The translations under genes and the position numbers were made by a program. Positions 51,511 to 61,459 of a DNA stretch of 64,000 nucleotides are shown here, one piece after another. The notes beneath the pieces are model-generated. The model worked only from the letters and a program-made list of their open reading frames with translations, did not search any database and was not told where the DNA came from. How positions within the stretch are numbered: the stretch's first letter is position 1; each line of letters opens with the position of its first letter. The DNA lies in NCBI GenBank assembly GCA_039815185.1, contig JBCBZT010000011.1, positions 32,001 to 96,000 on the forward strand, written 5' to 3'. This stretch comes from Cyanobacteria bacterium P01_A01_bin.123. GTDB lineage: Bacteria; Cyanobacteriota; Cyanobacteriia; Phormidesmidales; Phormidesmidaceae.

Positions 51511-52706
51511 GCGGCAAAAGCATCTTCATAGATGGCATAAAAGTCGGCTTTAGACACGGGACGCGGATTCAGCGGGTGGCAACCATCCTGTAACGCCACG
51601 CCCACTAATCGATCCGCTACATCAGCAGGCACCCCTAACTCACTTAGGCTAGCGGGGATGCCAATGGCTTGACGCAGGGTGATGATCCAGTCGATAAAGG
51701 CCTCGCCTGAGGTTGCCCCTGGTGTCACGATCCGCGCCATGCGTAGAAATCTTTCGGGTTCCACGGGCAGGTTAAACCGCATCGCCGCTGGCAGCATCAT
51801 GGCGTTAGCCAATCCGTGGTGGGTGTCGCACACTGTCGAGAGGGCATGGGCACAAGAATGAGTGACGCCGAGCCCTTTTTGAAACGCGATCGCCCCCATC
51901 ATCGACGCATTCAACATGCCGCCCCGTGCGCTCAAATGGGCGTTAGCTTCTGCTGCGCTCAGCGTTTCCCCAGCTGCTAGTCTCTGGGCAAACATCACGC
52001 AATCTTTAAGATGCTCAGCCACTAGGTAGATGCCCTCTAAGGCAATCCCGTCGCAGATGGGGTGAAAGCCTTTGGCCAGAAATGCCTCAATCAGATGAGT
52101 CAGCGCATCCATACCAGTTGCAGCGGTAATTTTGGCGGGTAGCCCCAACAGCAATTCTGGATCGGCCAGCACGACTTTAGGCAGGAGTTGTGGGTCAAAA
52201 ACGATCTTTTTCGCGTGGGTCTGATCATCAGAAATCACCGCACTGCGACCCACTTCGCTACCCGTCCCTGCCGTAGTTGGAATCGCCACGATCGCTGGAA
52301 CGCTTTGATCCACCGGACGGGCATCGGGGCGACCGTCTTCGTATTCAAACAGGTGACCGGGGTGATTAGCCATCAGCGCGATCGCCTTAGCCACATCCAT
52401 CGGTGCCCCACCGCCAACCGCAACGATGCCGTCGGCCTGATGTTGCCGATAGGCGGCTAGCCCTGCGTTGACCTGAGAGACCACTGGGTTGCCCCAAACC
52501 CCGCTAAATGTGTTCACTTTCAAGCGGGATAGGGAATCTACCAGGGGATTAAACCAGGGGAGTTGAGACACGTCGCGATCGCTGACCAACAGCGGCCGCT
52601 GTATACCCAATTCAGTCACCGTGTCTAACAGCCTGCTCCGCACCCCTGCCCCAAAGTGAATCGTGGTGGGAAAGCCGTAGGTATGGACCAAACTAGCAGT
52701 TGACAT
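51507..52706 (-). CDS. iron-containing alcohol dehydrogenase
   Basis: GGGAPMD, PTTAGTGSE, DALTH, H..AH, HHG; 4-bp overlap with ALDH. Confidence 0.92.
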   Translation of the reverse strand: MSTASLVHTYGFPTTIHFGAGVRSRLLDTVTELGIQRPLLVSDRDVSQLPWFNPLVDSLSRLKVNTFSGVWGNPVVSQVNAGLAAYRQHQADGIVAVGGGAPMDVAKAIALMANHPGHLFEYEDGRPDARPVDQSVPAIVAIPTTAGTGSEVGRSAVISDDQTHAKKIVFDPQLLPKVVLADPELLLGLPAKITAATGMDALTHLIEAFLAKGFHPICDGIALEGIYLVAEHLKDCVMFAQRLAAGETLSAAEANAHLSARGGMLNASMMGAIAFQKGLGVTHSCAHALSTVCDTHHGLANAMMLPAAMRFNLPVEPERFLRMARIVTPGATSGEAFIDWIITLRQAIGIPASLSELGVPADVADRLVGVALQDGCHPLNPRPVSKADFYAIYEDAFAA

Positions 52707-54018
52707 AATGATCCATCTCCCAGGGAGTTATTTGGGCACTGTACTGACGCCACTCTTCGGACTTAAATTCAAAAAACGTCTTCGTGGCAGCTTTGCCGAG
52801 GGATTCCATCAGCAGTTCATCCTGTTTCAGACACTCAATCGCTTCCAACAAGTTCGAGGGGAGCGTTTCTAAATGGGGAAACTCACTGCCTCGGGTAAAC
52901 AGGTTTTCATCAATGCGTGGCCCGGGCATCATCTGCTGCTCAATGCCATCGAGCCCAGCCACCAGCAGCCCAGCTAAGGCTAGATAAAGATTGGTCGAGC
53001 CATCGATTACACGGCACTCAAAGCGTCCTGCCTCTGGAATTCGCAACATATGCGTGCGATTGTTGCCCCCGTAGGAAATGTAGCGTGGGCTCCAGGTGCT
53101 GCCAGAGGTCGTCATCGTCGCTCCCAGCCGCCGATAGGAGTTAACCGTCGGGCTAAACAGGGCTAAAAGCCCCTTAGCATGGGCCAAAACCCCCGCTAAA
53201 AACTGGTAGCCCGCCGGAGATAGCCCGCCCTCATCAGCGCCTGCCTCAAAGGCATTCGTCTCCCCTTGCCAAAGGCTGTTGTGAACATGGGCACCGTTGC
53301 CAGTCAGGTGGCTAAAGGGTTTGGGCATAAACGTTGCCGTCAATCCCCGTTGCTCTGCCAGGGTCTTGACCATGTACTTAAAGAACACATGGCGATCGGC
53401 AGTCACCCTAGCATCGCTGTAGGTCCAGTTGATTTCAAATTGACCGTTGGCATCTTCGTGATCGCACTGGTAAGGTTCCCAGCCCAGATCTTCCATGTAG
53501 GTGACTAGCGTCGAGATAAAGTCATACTGCCGCATCAAATTGAGCTGGTCGTAGCAGGGGCGTTCCGCCGTATCTTTGCTATCTGCGATGGTGTAGCCCG
53601 TCTCAGTTGCCTTGAGCAAGAAAAACTCGGCCTCAACCCCAGCCTTGTAGCTGTACCCCATCTGAGTGCAGCGCGCCAACGCCCGATTGAGAATCATCCG
53701 GGGAGCCGCCTCAAAGGGTTCATCATCAAAGTACACATCGCTCGCCACCCAGCCCACCGTTGGCTGCCACGGCAGCACAATCAACGACTCAGGATCGGGA
53801 ACTGCCGCAATTTCAGCTGAATCTGGCCCTAAACCTAGGTTGGAGGCAAAGGACGCAAAAAAAGCGCCGTCTTTTTCAACCGAGGCAATCTTAGCTGCGG
53901 GTACCAGCTTGGCCCGTGTCCCCCCCAAAAGATCGGTGTAGGAAACCAGAAAAAACTTTAGCCCCAAGGCTTTCGCTTTTTCGGCAAGGGATGTCTGCTG
54001 CGGCAGGGTTCCGACCAT
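52693..54018 (-). CDS. GlnT/GmaS-like glutamine synthetase-family gamma-glutamylamide ligase
   Basis: RAKLVPA, GVEAEFFL, DHEDANGQFE, ATFMPKPF, GNGAHVH, NRTHMLR; N-terminus resembles GmaS/type III GS. Confidence 0.85.
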   Translation of the reverse strand: MVGTLPQQTSLAEKAKALGLKFFLVSYTDLLGGTRAKLVPAAKIASVEKDGAFFASFASNLGLGPDSAEIAAVPDPESLIVLPWQPTVGWVASDVYFDDEPFEAAPRMILNRALARCTQMGYSYKAGVEAEFFLLKATETGYTIADSKDTAERPCYDQLNLMRQYDFISTLVTYMEDLGWEPYQCDHEDANGQFEINWTYSDARVTADRHVFFKYMVKTLAEQRGLTATFMPKPFSHLTGNGAHVHNSLWQGETNAFEAGADEGGLSPAGYQFLAGVLAHAKGLLALFSPTVNSYRRLGATMTTSGSTWSPRYISYGGNNRTHMLRIPEAGRFECRVIDGSTNLYLALAGLLVAGLDGIEQQMMPGPRIDENLFTRGSEFPHLETLPSNLLEAIECLKQDELLMESLGKAATKTFFEFKSEEWRQYSAQITPWEMDHYVNC

Positions 54019-54084
54019 GGTTGACGTCTCCAGTTTGAGTATTTCCTCAGGAGTTCATCTTTATGGGCGAAAACACAACGTTTT

Positions 54085-54098
54085 GTATATTCCAATAC
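54085..54098 (-). promoter_or_regulatory. NtcA box upstream of the GS-like operon
   Basis: TTTT-GTA-TATTCCAA-TAC-AAAA extended palindrome; AAAGAT after a 22-nt spacer on the minus strand. Confidence 0.7.
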
Positions 54099-54293
54099 AA
54101 AAATTGCAAAATCTAATCGAAATCTTTTTAGCCAAGACATTTGAGAAACTGACTGCGATCGCACGATATCTCGGACAAAAAGTTGATATTTTTCGTAACT
54201 ATGAATTTGAGCATTTTCGGAGATGCAAAAGTACCTCATTTTTGTGTAATCCCAAAGGGAGAGGACTCAATTAAGAGACTTTTCTAGTGATTG

Positions 54294-54335
54294 GTAGCAG
54301 CTAATACAATCTTTTGGTGTCAGAAAATGCAGACT
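54294..54335 (+). promoter_or_regulatory. NtcA box upstream of amt
   Basis: GTA-GCAGCTAA-TAC, 22-nt spacer, CAGACT (imperfect -10). Confidence 0.65.
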
Positions 54336-54635
54336 CGTTAACAATTAATTCTCCTCAGCACCGAGACGCAGTCTATGTCTGAAGCTGCTTCATGTCTTTG
54401 CGTCCATCAATTTGTGTAAGCCCGATGTGTGACCAGCTTGTCGGCTAGTTTGCCAAATTTGCCAAAGAATCAGGGAGTCTATCTAAGAATTCCCCCTGCG
54501 TTTGATTGAGAAGATTGGCGTTACATCATTCGTGAGGTTAGAAGTATCTAAAACTCTGAGCAGAAGTTTATGTCAGAAAAATTAGCGGTTTGAAGCCTTG
54601 TTTTTGTTGTGGGGCTGTTTGTTAACTAGGAGGGG

Positions 54636-56027
54636 TTGAATATGGAGCCTGAAGCACAAGCGTTTCTAGGTACCTTTGTCACGGAGACCTACTATTATTG
54701 GGCCTCTGTGTTTATGTTGATTATTCACGTAGGCTTCTTGGCCTATGAGGGGGGAGCATCTCGCGCCAAAAATGTTTTGGCGACGATGGTTAAAAACCTA
54801 TTAACCCTTTCGGTGGTAGGGCTTTCATTTTACTTTTTTGGCTGGTGGGTCTATGCCGGCTTTTCGATATTCCCTCGATTTGGCGGAATTATCGGGCCTT
54901 GGACAACTGCCTTGCCTGAGAATCTCGGTACCCTCGACGGTGAGGGCCTGCTTGGCTTTGTCGCCACAACCTATCCCTGGTCTGCCGAGATGGGGCCAAA
55001 CATTGCTGACAACCTAACGGGTGTCTTCTGGTTTGCCTTTGCCCTGTTTGCCATGACGACCGCTTCGATTATGTCTGGGGCAGTCATTGAGCGGATTCGT
55101 CTCGGGGCTTACTTGATTTTGGCCGCGATTTTAGGCGGCTTCCTTTGGGTTGTGGCTGGTTCCTGGGGGTGGAACTACTGGGGTTGGTTCAACACCATGG
55201 GCTATCACGATTTCGGTTGTTCTGCCGTAGTTCACGGCGTTTCTGGATTCTTTGCCCTCGGGGTTCTGATCAATCTCGGCCCCCGGATTGGTAAGTTTGA
55301 TGCCCAAGGCAATCCCCGCGAAATCCTACCCCATAATCTACCGCTGACGATGGTCGGCCTAATGCTGATTTTCGTTGGATTCTATGCGTTTCTGGCGGCC
55401 TGTGTCATCTTTGGCCCTGGTGCCCTGGTGGAATCGACCATCTACGGTTCTCCCATGACACTGGCTTCGATTGGGGTGAATACGACTCTGGCACTTTGCG
55501 TTGGTATTATTGGGGCCTATCTGGGTTCCAAGGGCGATCCGTTTTTTACCATTTCAGGTGGACTAGCGGGGATTATCTCCGTGGGTGCGGGGCTTGATCT
55601 GTACGCACCGCCATTAGTGCTGCTGATTGCTTTTATCGGTGCTTACACCATGCCGTTTGTCGGTAAGTTCGTGGAAAAAATGGGCATCGACGATGCCGTT
55701 GGAGCCTTTGCCGTCCATGGCTATTGTGGTGTGATTGGGTCTATGGCAGTGGGTGTAATGGCCACGGGGTACACCGTAGGCAATTACCCACCAACGAACT
55801 TCATGGCCCAACTGGTGGGTACCTTCTTGTGCACCATAGTGTTGGGTCTAATTCCCGGCTATGGGTGTAGCTGGGTGCTGAAAAAGCTGAATCTACTGCG
55901 AGTCCCGCCTGAAGAGGAAATTGAAGGGCTTGACCTGGGTGACTTTGGACTTGAGGGCTATCCCGAATACACCCTCAAACTTGAAGAATCGGTGTCTGAA
56001 GGACATCTACATGTCTCAGTGAAGTAG
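54636..56027 (+). CDS. ammonium transporter family protein (atypical Amt)
   Basis: SGAVIER, HDFG....VH, LGPRIGKF, PHNLP, IDDAVGAFAVHG; AGGAGG RBS. Confidence 0.9.
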   Translation: MNMEPEAQAFLGTFVTETYYYWASVFMLIIHVGFLAYEGGASRAKNVLATMVKNLLTLSVVGLSFYFFGWWVYAGFSIFPRFGGIIGPWTTALPENLGTLDGEGLLGFVATTYPWSAEMGPNIADNLTGVFWFAFALFAMTTASIMSGAVIERIRLGAYLILAAILGGFLWVVAGSWGWNYWGWFNTMGYHDFGCSAVVHGVSGFFALGVLINLGPRIGKFDAQGNPREILPHNLPLTMVGLMLIFVGFYAFLAACVIFGPGALVESTIYGSPMTLASIGVNTTLALCVGIIGAYLGSKGDPFFTISGGLAGIISVGAGLDLYAPPLVLLIAFIGAYTMPFVGKFVEKMGIDDAVGAFAVHGYCGVIGSMAVGVMATGYTVGNYPPTNFMAQLVGTFLCTIVLGLIPGYGCSWVLKKLNLLRVPPEEEIEGLDLGDFGLEGYPEYTLKLEESVSEGHLHVSVK

Positions 56028-56123
56028 AGGATAGCGGCTCTATAGACCTTTGAGTATGGCTATGGTAGCGACCCTACAAGAAAACACTGGTTCTGGACAA
56101 GATGATTTGAGGATAGATGCATT

Positions 56124-56588
56124 ATGTTTGTTTGGTTATTAGGAGCGGCAAGCCCGTTTAAAACCTGGGAAGAGTTTGAAGGCGCAATAGATGGGCCGAC
56201 AGGCGGTGCAATTTATACATTTGCCGATCGCCCTGCTCTGATTGGCATCATGGTTTTTGTTGCAGCCCTAGTGTTTTTGTATTTCATCTACGCGTCGTTC
56301 AACATCAGCAGCGGCAAGTCAACAGCAAAAAGCCCACCCGTGCTGGGCATGTTGATTGTTGCGGGTGCGGCTTCAGCAATGGCGTCTCTCTATGAGGGTT
56401 TTGCAGAGCGTGGTGCGGTACAGCAGGCGTCTCGGTCTGGTGAGGCGTCTCAGGTTACGAAGCAATCGAGTAAGGTGCCGATGGCGCTGTTGGGCATGAC
56501 AGGTTTGGCTGGTTTGTCGGGCCGGAAGCGGCGGACTAAGGCGAGTGCTGCAAAGCAATCATCTCGACGCATCCGTTTGCATCGTTAA
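56124..56588 (+). CDS. hypothetical membrane protein downstream of amt
   Basis: 154-aa ORF, 2-3 hydrophobic segments, basic tail. Confidence 0.65.
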   Translation: MFVWLLGAASPFKTWEEFEGAIDGPTGGAIYTFADRPALIGIMVFVAALVFLYFIYASFNISSGKSTAKSPPVLGMLIVAGAASAMASLYEGFAERGAVQQASRSGEASQVTKQSSKVPMALLGMTGLAGLSGRKRRTKASAAKQSSRRIRLHR

Positions 56589-56625
56589 ATCGTTAAGTTG
56601 AAGCTGAAAAGCTTGGTGAGCTAGG

Positions 56626-56674
56626 GCACTTGGGCACCGTCAAGGTTAATTGGCGAGGCTCAGGTGCTTTTTTT
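56626..56674 (+). terminator. probable terminator of the amt operon
   Basis: GCACTTGGGC...GCTCAGGTGC stem followed by T-tract. Confidence 0.5.
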
Positions 56675-57363
56675 AGTGGATAGCTGACTATTGCAGGAAG
56701 TGTACCTAACAGCCATCAATGCCTGACTACCGCCTCTCCAAAATGATCGGAGAATTTGTTTTGCCTAAATTGAGGGTAGTCCCTAAGAGGTAAGGATAGA
56801 GCATCTGATGCATGGTAATAAGGCGATGCAACCCTTAGTAAAATTGAGATTAAGTTTGAGTTAATGTTGCCATCGTAGTGGCTTCAAGAAAAAAACGGAA
56901 GCCGATCTCACCGGGTAATCCTCGCCACAATCAAGTTGCTGATAGTCTTGATCGGTCTGTAAAATTTCGAAACGACGGGCCTTACGCTGATTCTTATTTT
57001 TGAGACGTTCTCCTTTATGACATTTGCCACAATCGGGTTGTATGTGTAGATAAGCTAGCTTGATTAGGCTGCATCGCGACATGCTTTGTCTTATGGTTTG
57101 CAGGGGCAGACTGCAATTGTTGGCGATCGCGTCGATCCCAAGGCTAGACATGGTGCATAAGCCAACTATTCATCACGATTTGCGTGTTCGACTCTCAGAT
57201 TTGAATGGGGTAAAGGACTGGGAAGTTATGTACCAGCCCTACAAGGGGAGTCCTTTCCCAGTCCTAATTTCAGTCACTCACATTCTCAACTCGGAGAACC
57301 AGATCAAGGCTCTGTATTGTTCAGTGCGTCAATAGTCGCCATCATACTAACAGCGGCCTAACG

Positions 57364-58461
57364 TTAGGTCGGTAAGGTGAAATAGAAAGTCGTCCCCTCT
57401 GTTGGCTTAGAATCCACCCAGATGCGTCCACCGTGACTTTCAATAATCTTCTTACAGATGGCTAAGCCAATGCCAGTGCCAGGGTATTCGGATTTCGTAT
57501 GCAATCGCTGAAAAATCTGAAAGATCTGGTCAAAATGCGCTGATTGGATGCCAATGCCATTGTCATGAACCCCAAAGCGCCACCCATGCGCTTGATGCTC
57601 TATTGAAATCCTCACATGGGGAGGCTGTTCTGGACGCTTATATTTAAGCGCATTACTGATTAGGTTTTGAAAGAGTCGGATTAGCTGGGACTCATTGGCG
57701 TAGATTGTGGGGAGTTCATCAGTAGTAATGACGGCGTGGCTATTGTCGATGATGGGTTGTAAACCAGCGAGCACCTGTTTGATCACATCGTTGCAGTCTG
57801 TTGGCACATCCAGCTGCTGATCAGATGTGCCAACCTTAGCGTAATCCAGTAAATCTTGAATCAATTGCGACATGTGCTTACTGGCACTGATAATGTGATC
57901 GATGTACTGGTTGATGGGCTGCTCAGGGCGATCGCGATAGAGACGAGCCAGAATTTGGGCAAACCCCATAATGCCTTGGAGGGGTTGCTTAAGGTCATGG
58001 GAGACTACATGGGCAAATTGCTCAAGCTCCTGATTAGATCGGATTAACTCATCATTCAAGTGTTGGAGTTTATCTAAATTTTGCTGTCGCTCGATAGCAT
58101 AGTGAATCGCTCGAACTAACCAAGATCTTTGGATTTCACCTTTAATCAGGTAGTCTTGGGCACCTTCTCGCAGGGCGGCGATCGCTGTCTCTTCATCATC
58201 TAACCCCGTCAAGACTAAAATGGGCACCTCTGAATTTGCCCCATACATTCGCTTAACGGTATTTAACCCCTGGCTATCTGGTAAGGACAGATCCAACAAA
58301 ATCGCATCAAACGGGATCTCACTCAGACTACCAATGGCTTCCCCAAGGCGCTCAACATGGGTTAGCTCAATATGAGCCACATTGGAGAGAAATTTCCGCA
58401 AGAGATAGGCATCTGCAGCATTATCTTCGACTAAAAGGACTTGGATAACGTCATTGCTCAC
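57364..58461 (-). CDS. receiver domain + histidine kinase
   Basis: LLVEDN, LLDLSLPD, VSHDLKQPL H-box, GTGIGLAI G-box. Confidence 0.92.
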   Translation of the reverse strand: MSNDVIQVLLVEDNAADAYLLRKFLSNVAHIELTHVERLGEAIGSLSEIPFDAILLDLSLPDSQGLNTVKRMYGANSEVPILVLTGLDDEETAIAALREGAQDYLIKGEIQRSWLVRAIHYAIERQQNLDKLQHLNDELIRSNQELEQFAHVVSHDLKQPLQGIMGFAQILARLYRDRPEQPINQYIDHIISASKHMSQLIQDLLDYAKVGTSDQQLDVPTDCNDVIKQVLAGLQPIIDNSHAVITTDELPTIYANESQLIRLFQNLISNALKYKRPEQPPHVRISIEHQAHGWRFGVHDNGIGIQSAHFDQIFQIFQRLHTKSEYPGTGIGLAICKKIIESHGGRIWVDSKPTEGTTFYFTLPT

Positions 58462-58500
58462 GGCTGATTAATCGACCCAGTTAGGCAAGAACTGAGTGCA

Positions 58501-58947
58501 TCATTGCACAATTGGTAACTTCACAACGGTCAACCAGAACTCTTCGATCGACTCTACGACTTTGATAAACTGCTTTAGGGTAACAGGTTTGGTAATGTAG
58601 CAATTAGCCCGCAGCGCATAGCTCTTGAGAATATCTTCCTCTGCTTCTGAGGTGGTGAGTACCACTACCGGAATGGTGTGCAAATCTGGATCTTCTTTAA
58701 TTTCGGTAAGCACCTTACGACCATCTTTTTTGGGTAAATTCAGATCTAATAGGATCAAATCAGGCCGGGGCGCGTTTTGGTAATTGCCGACTTGGCGCAG
58801 AAATGCCATGGCTTCCACCCCATCCTCAACAATGTGCAAATTGTTGGTAACTTTTGCTTTCTCGAAGGTTTTTGCTGTTAATTTGGCATCCCCTGGTGAG
58901 TCCTCTACCAACAAAATGTCAATCAGATTAGATTCCTTGATGTTCAT
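58501..58947 (-). CDS. Rcp1-like single-domain response regulator
   Basis: [42 protein letters not shown]. Confidence 0.9.
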   Translation of the reverse strand: MNIKESNLIDILLVEDSPGDAKLTAKTFEKAKVTNNLHIVEDGVEAMAFLRQVGNYQNAPRPDLILLDLNLPKKDGRKVLTEIKEDPDLHTIPVVVLTTSEAEEDILKSYALRANCYITKPVTLKQFIKVVESIEEFWLTVVKLPIVQ

Positions 58948-58969
58948 AAACAGGTATCTGCTGCCAACC

Positions 58970-61030
58970 CTATCCATTATCAGGCCCAAGATGACTCGGG
59001 AGCGCGAAATAAAAGGATGTCCCCTGTCCTGGTGAGGAGTCAACCCAAATCCGTCCATTGTGACGTTGCAAAATCTTGCGGCAAATAGCCAAACCGATAC
59101 CCGTGCCTTCATAGTGTCGACGCGAGTGCAACCGCTGAAAAATCACAAAAATCTGCTCAAAATAGTCAGGTTCAATGCCGATGCCATTATCACGGATGCA
59201 AAATTCCCACTCTTCCTGATGCAACGTGGCTGAAATGTGAATGCGCGGCGGTTCCTGACTGCGGAATTTGAGGGCATTGCTAACCAAATTTTGAAAGAGC
59301 TGGTGTATCTGAGATGCATCTGCGATCACCTCTGGTAGAGGGTCGTGGGTGACCAGTGCCTGACATTCTTCAATGGCCAGTTTTAAGTTAACCAGCACCT
59401 TCTGCATCACGGCATCACAGGACGTCAGTGCAAATGCTTTCCCCCGTGTACCCACCCGAGAAAAGGCCAGCAAGTCTTTAATCAACTGCTGCATTCGAGT
59501 GGCACCATCGACGATGAAGTCAATATATTCATCAGCTTCTCCATCTAGGCGATCGCGATATTCCTCCGCCAGCAGTTCTGTATAACTGCTAATGGTGCGT
59601 AGAGGCTCTTGCAAATCATGGGAGGCGACATAGGCAAACTGCTCTAGTTCAGCATTGGATCTTTCCAGCTCCTGAGCACGCTGTTCGAGTTCTTGGGTTC
59701 GTTCCTGGACTTTCGTTTCCAACCCTTCATTGAGCTGCCTTAGCGCATCCTCTGCTTGCTTGCGGTCAGTGATGTCAGTATGAATTCCAAGCATCCGCTG
59801 AGCTTTACCAACTTGATCCCACTCAACCACCTTACCCCGATCCAAAACCCATTTGTATTTGCCATCTTTGTGGCGAACCCGATGTTCATTTTGGTAAAGC
59901 GGGCTTTTACCAATCAGGTGTCGGTTCATATCCGCATAGCACTGTGCTTTATCCTGAGGATGAACTCGCGAGTCCCATTCATCCAGGCTGTTACCCACTT
60001 CATGGTTTTCATGCCCCAACATGGCTTTCCACTGATGAGAGTAAAAGACTTCATTTGTCTGCAAATTCCAGTCCCAAACGCCATCACCCGCACCTTCGAG
60101 GGCAAACTGCCAACGGGCCTCACTTTCGCGCAGGGCTGCTTCAGTCTGTTTGCGATCGGTAATGTCCCAGTTTACCCCAATCATGCGTCGGGCTTTATCT
60201 GCCCCATCTCTCAACGTAATCGCATGGGCTTCAATAAACCGAACCTGTCCATCGGGCCACACCACCCGAAATTCGGTATGGAAGTCCTTTTCTCCCTTAA
60301 TAGCGGCCTGAATCTCCGCGTCGGCTGTTTGCATGTCGTCAGGATGAACCCCGCGTTTCCAGGCTTCATAAGCACCACCAAAGGTTGCTGCTTCAATTCC
60401 ATAGAGTTCGTACATACGATCGTCCCAAATGAGCCGATCCTCAACCAAGTCAAAATCCCAGACGCCAATATTGGCAGAGTTTGTAGCTAGGGCTAGCCTT
60501 TGAGTGATTTCATAAATCTGGGCTTCAGTTTGCTTGCGTTCAGTGATGTCGCTAATTGAGCCCGCCATCCGTGTAGGCTTCCCCGTGTTATCCCAAATCG
60601 CTTGCCCCTGGGCATGAATCCAGAGATAGTTGCCTTGCTTATTTTGTAGTCGATATTCCACATCATAGGGAGCTTGACGTTCCAAATGGTCACGCACGGC
60701 TGTCAAGACTCGATCATGGTCGTCAGGATGCAAGCGCGATTCGAACGCACTGAACTGATTTTCCATTTCATGATCTTGGTAGCCCAAGATCGCTTTGAAG
60801 CGTGGCGCATAGTAAACCTCATTGGTGAGCACATTCCAATCCCACAAGCCATCGCGAGATGCCTGCATTGCTAACGTGTAGCGTTCTTGGCTCTCTCGGA
60901 GTGCTGCTTCGGTTTGCTTAAGTGCATCAAGCTTTTCACTCAATAATGTATTGAGTCGTTGTTGTTCTAGGGTCTGTGAATTCATCTTGGGCACTAGCCA
61001 AAAAATATAAAAGTAGACACGGTAAGCCAT
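58970..61030 (-). CDS. multi-PAS sensor histidine kinase (start possibly 60985)
   Basis: Three PAS/PAC repeats (WDW..HPDD..DITERK), [11 protein letters not shown]-box. Confidence 0.92.
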   Translation of the reverse strand: MAYRVYFYIFWLVPKMNSQTLEQQRLNTLLSEKLDALKQTEAALRESQERYTLAMQASRDGLWDWNVLTNEVYYAPRFKAILGYQDHEMENQFSAFESRLHPDDHDRVLTAVRDHLERQAPYDVEYRLQNKQGNYLWIHAQGQAIWDNTGKPTRMAGSISDITERKQTEAQIYEITQRLALATNSANIGVWDFDLVEDRLIWDDRMYELYGIEAATFGGAYEAWKRGVHPDDMQTADAEIQAAIKGEKDFHTEFRVVWPDGQVRFIEAHAITLRDGADKARRMIGVNWDITDRKQTEAALRESEARWQFALEGAGDGVWDWNLQTNEVFYSHQWKAMLGHENHEVGNSLDEWDSRVHPQDKAQCYADMNRHLIGKSPLYQNEHRVRHKDGKYKWVLDRGKVVEWDQVGKAQRMLGIHTDITDRKQAEDALRQLNEGLETKVQERTQELEQRAQELERSNAELEQFAYVASHDLQEPLRTISSYTELLAEEYRDRLDGEADEYIDFIVDGATRMQQLIKDLLAFSRVGTRGKAFALTSCDAVMQKVLVNLKLAIEECQALVTHDPLPEVIADASQIHQLFQNLVSNALKFRSQEPPRIHISATLHQEEWEFCIRDNGIGIEPDYFEQIFVIFQRLHSRRHYEGTGIGLAICRKILQRHNGRIWVDSSPGQGTSFYFALPSHLGPDNG

Positions 61031-61122
61031 GTCCTTATGTCATGCATAACAAATAGATAAGGCCAAGAGCGTTTTCAAGCCGGACATCTTAAACGCGGCT
61101 ATGGCGAAGTCGTTCAGGGAAA

Positions 61123-61156
61123 CTGGGTGCATTAAGCAGTGTAGCCAACACCATAA
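61123..61156. repeat. degenerate terminal fragment of the 105-bp element
   Basis: CTGGGTGCATTAAGCAGTGTAGCCAACACCATA vs CTAGGTGCATTAAGCAATCTGGCCAGCGCTATA. Confidence 0.5.
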
Positions 61157-61459
61157 ACATTCTGATAGTTAATTTTTGAAGGAAGCTACTTGGGCCTGGA
61201 TTGCGGTGATCACCACTGTATTGGCGTAGCAACGAAATGTCACAGCAAAAACATTGATTCATGGTGTTCTCCTAAATTTGCTTGGTTATAACCGACTAAG
61301 TTGAGGATTTTATGAGTAACTCTCCGAAGCCGTAAAGCGTTTCGCTCCGGGCATTACCCCCTTGAGCTCAGTTAAGCGTCGCCTCATAAGTTCCTCAATA
61401 TCATTCATTACACTGCCAAGTGTCTAGTTCATCCAAACGTCAGTTTGAGGGGGGGGGCA

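Noticed and set aside
54340..54630. Long amt leader as a glutamine riboswitch
   Set aside because: Could not match the glnA or Downstream-peptide consensus by eye; an Rfam scan would settle it
56861..57335. Two overlapping 91-96 aa ORFs
   Set aside because: No motifs or clear RBS; they overlap on opposite strands and are probably non-coding
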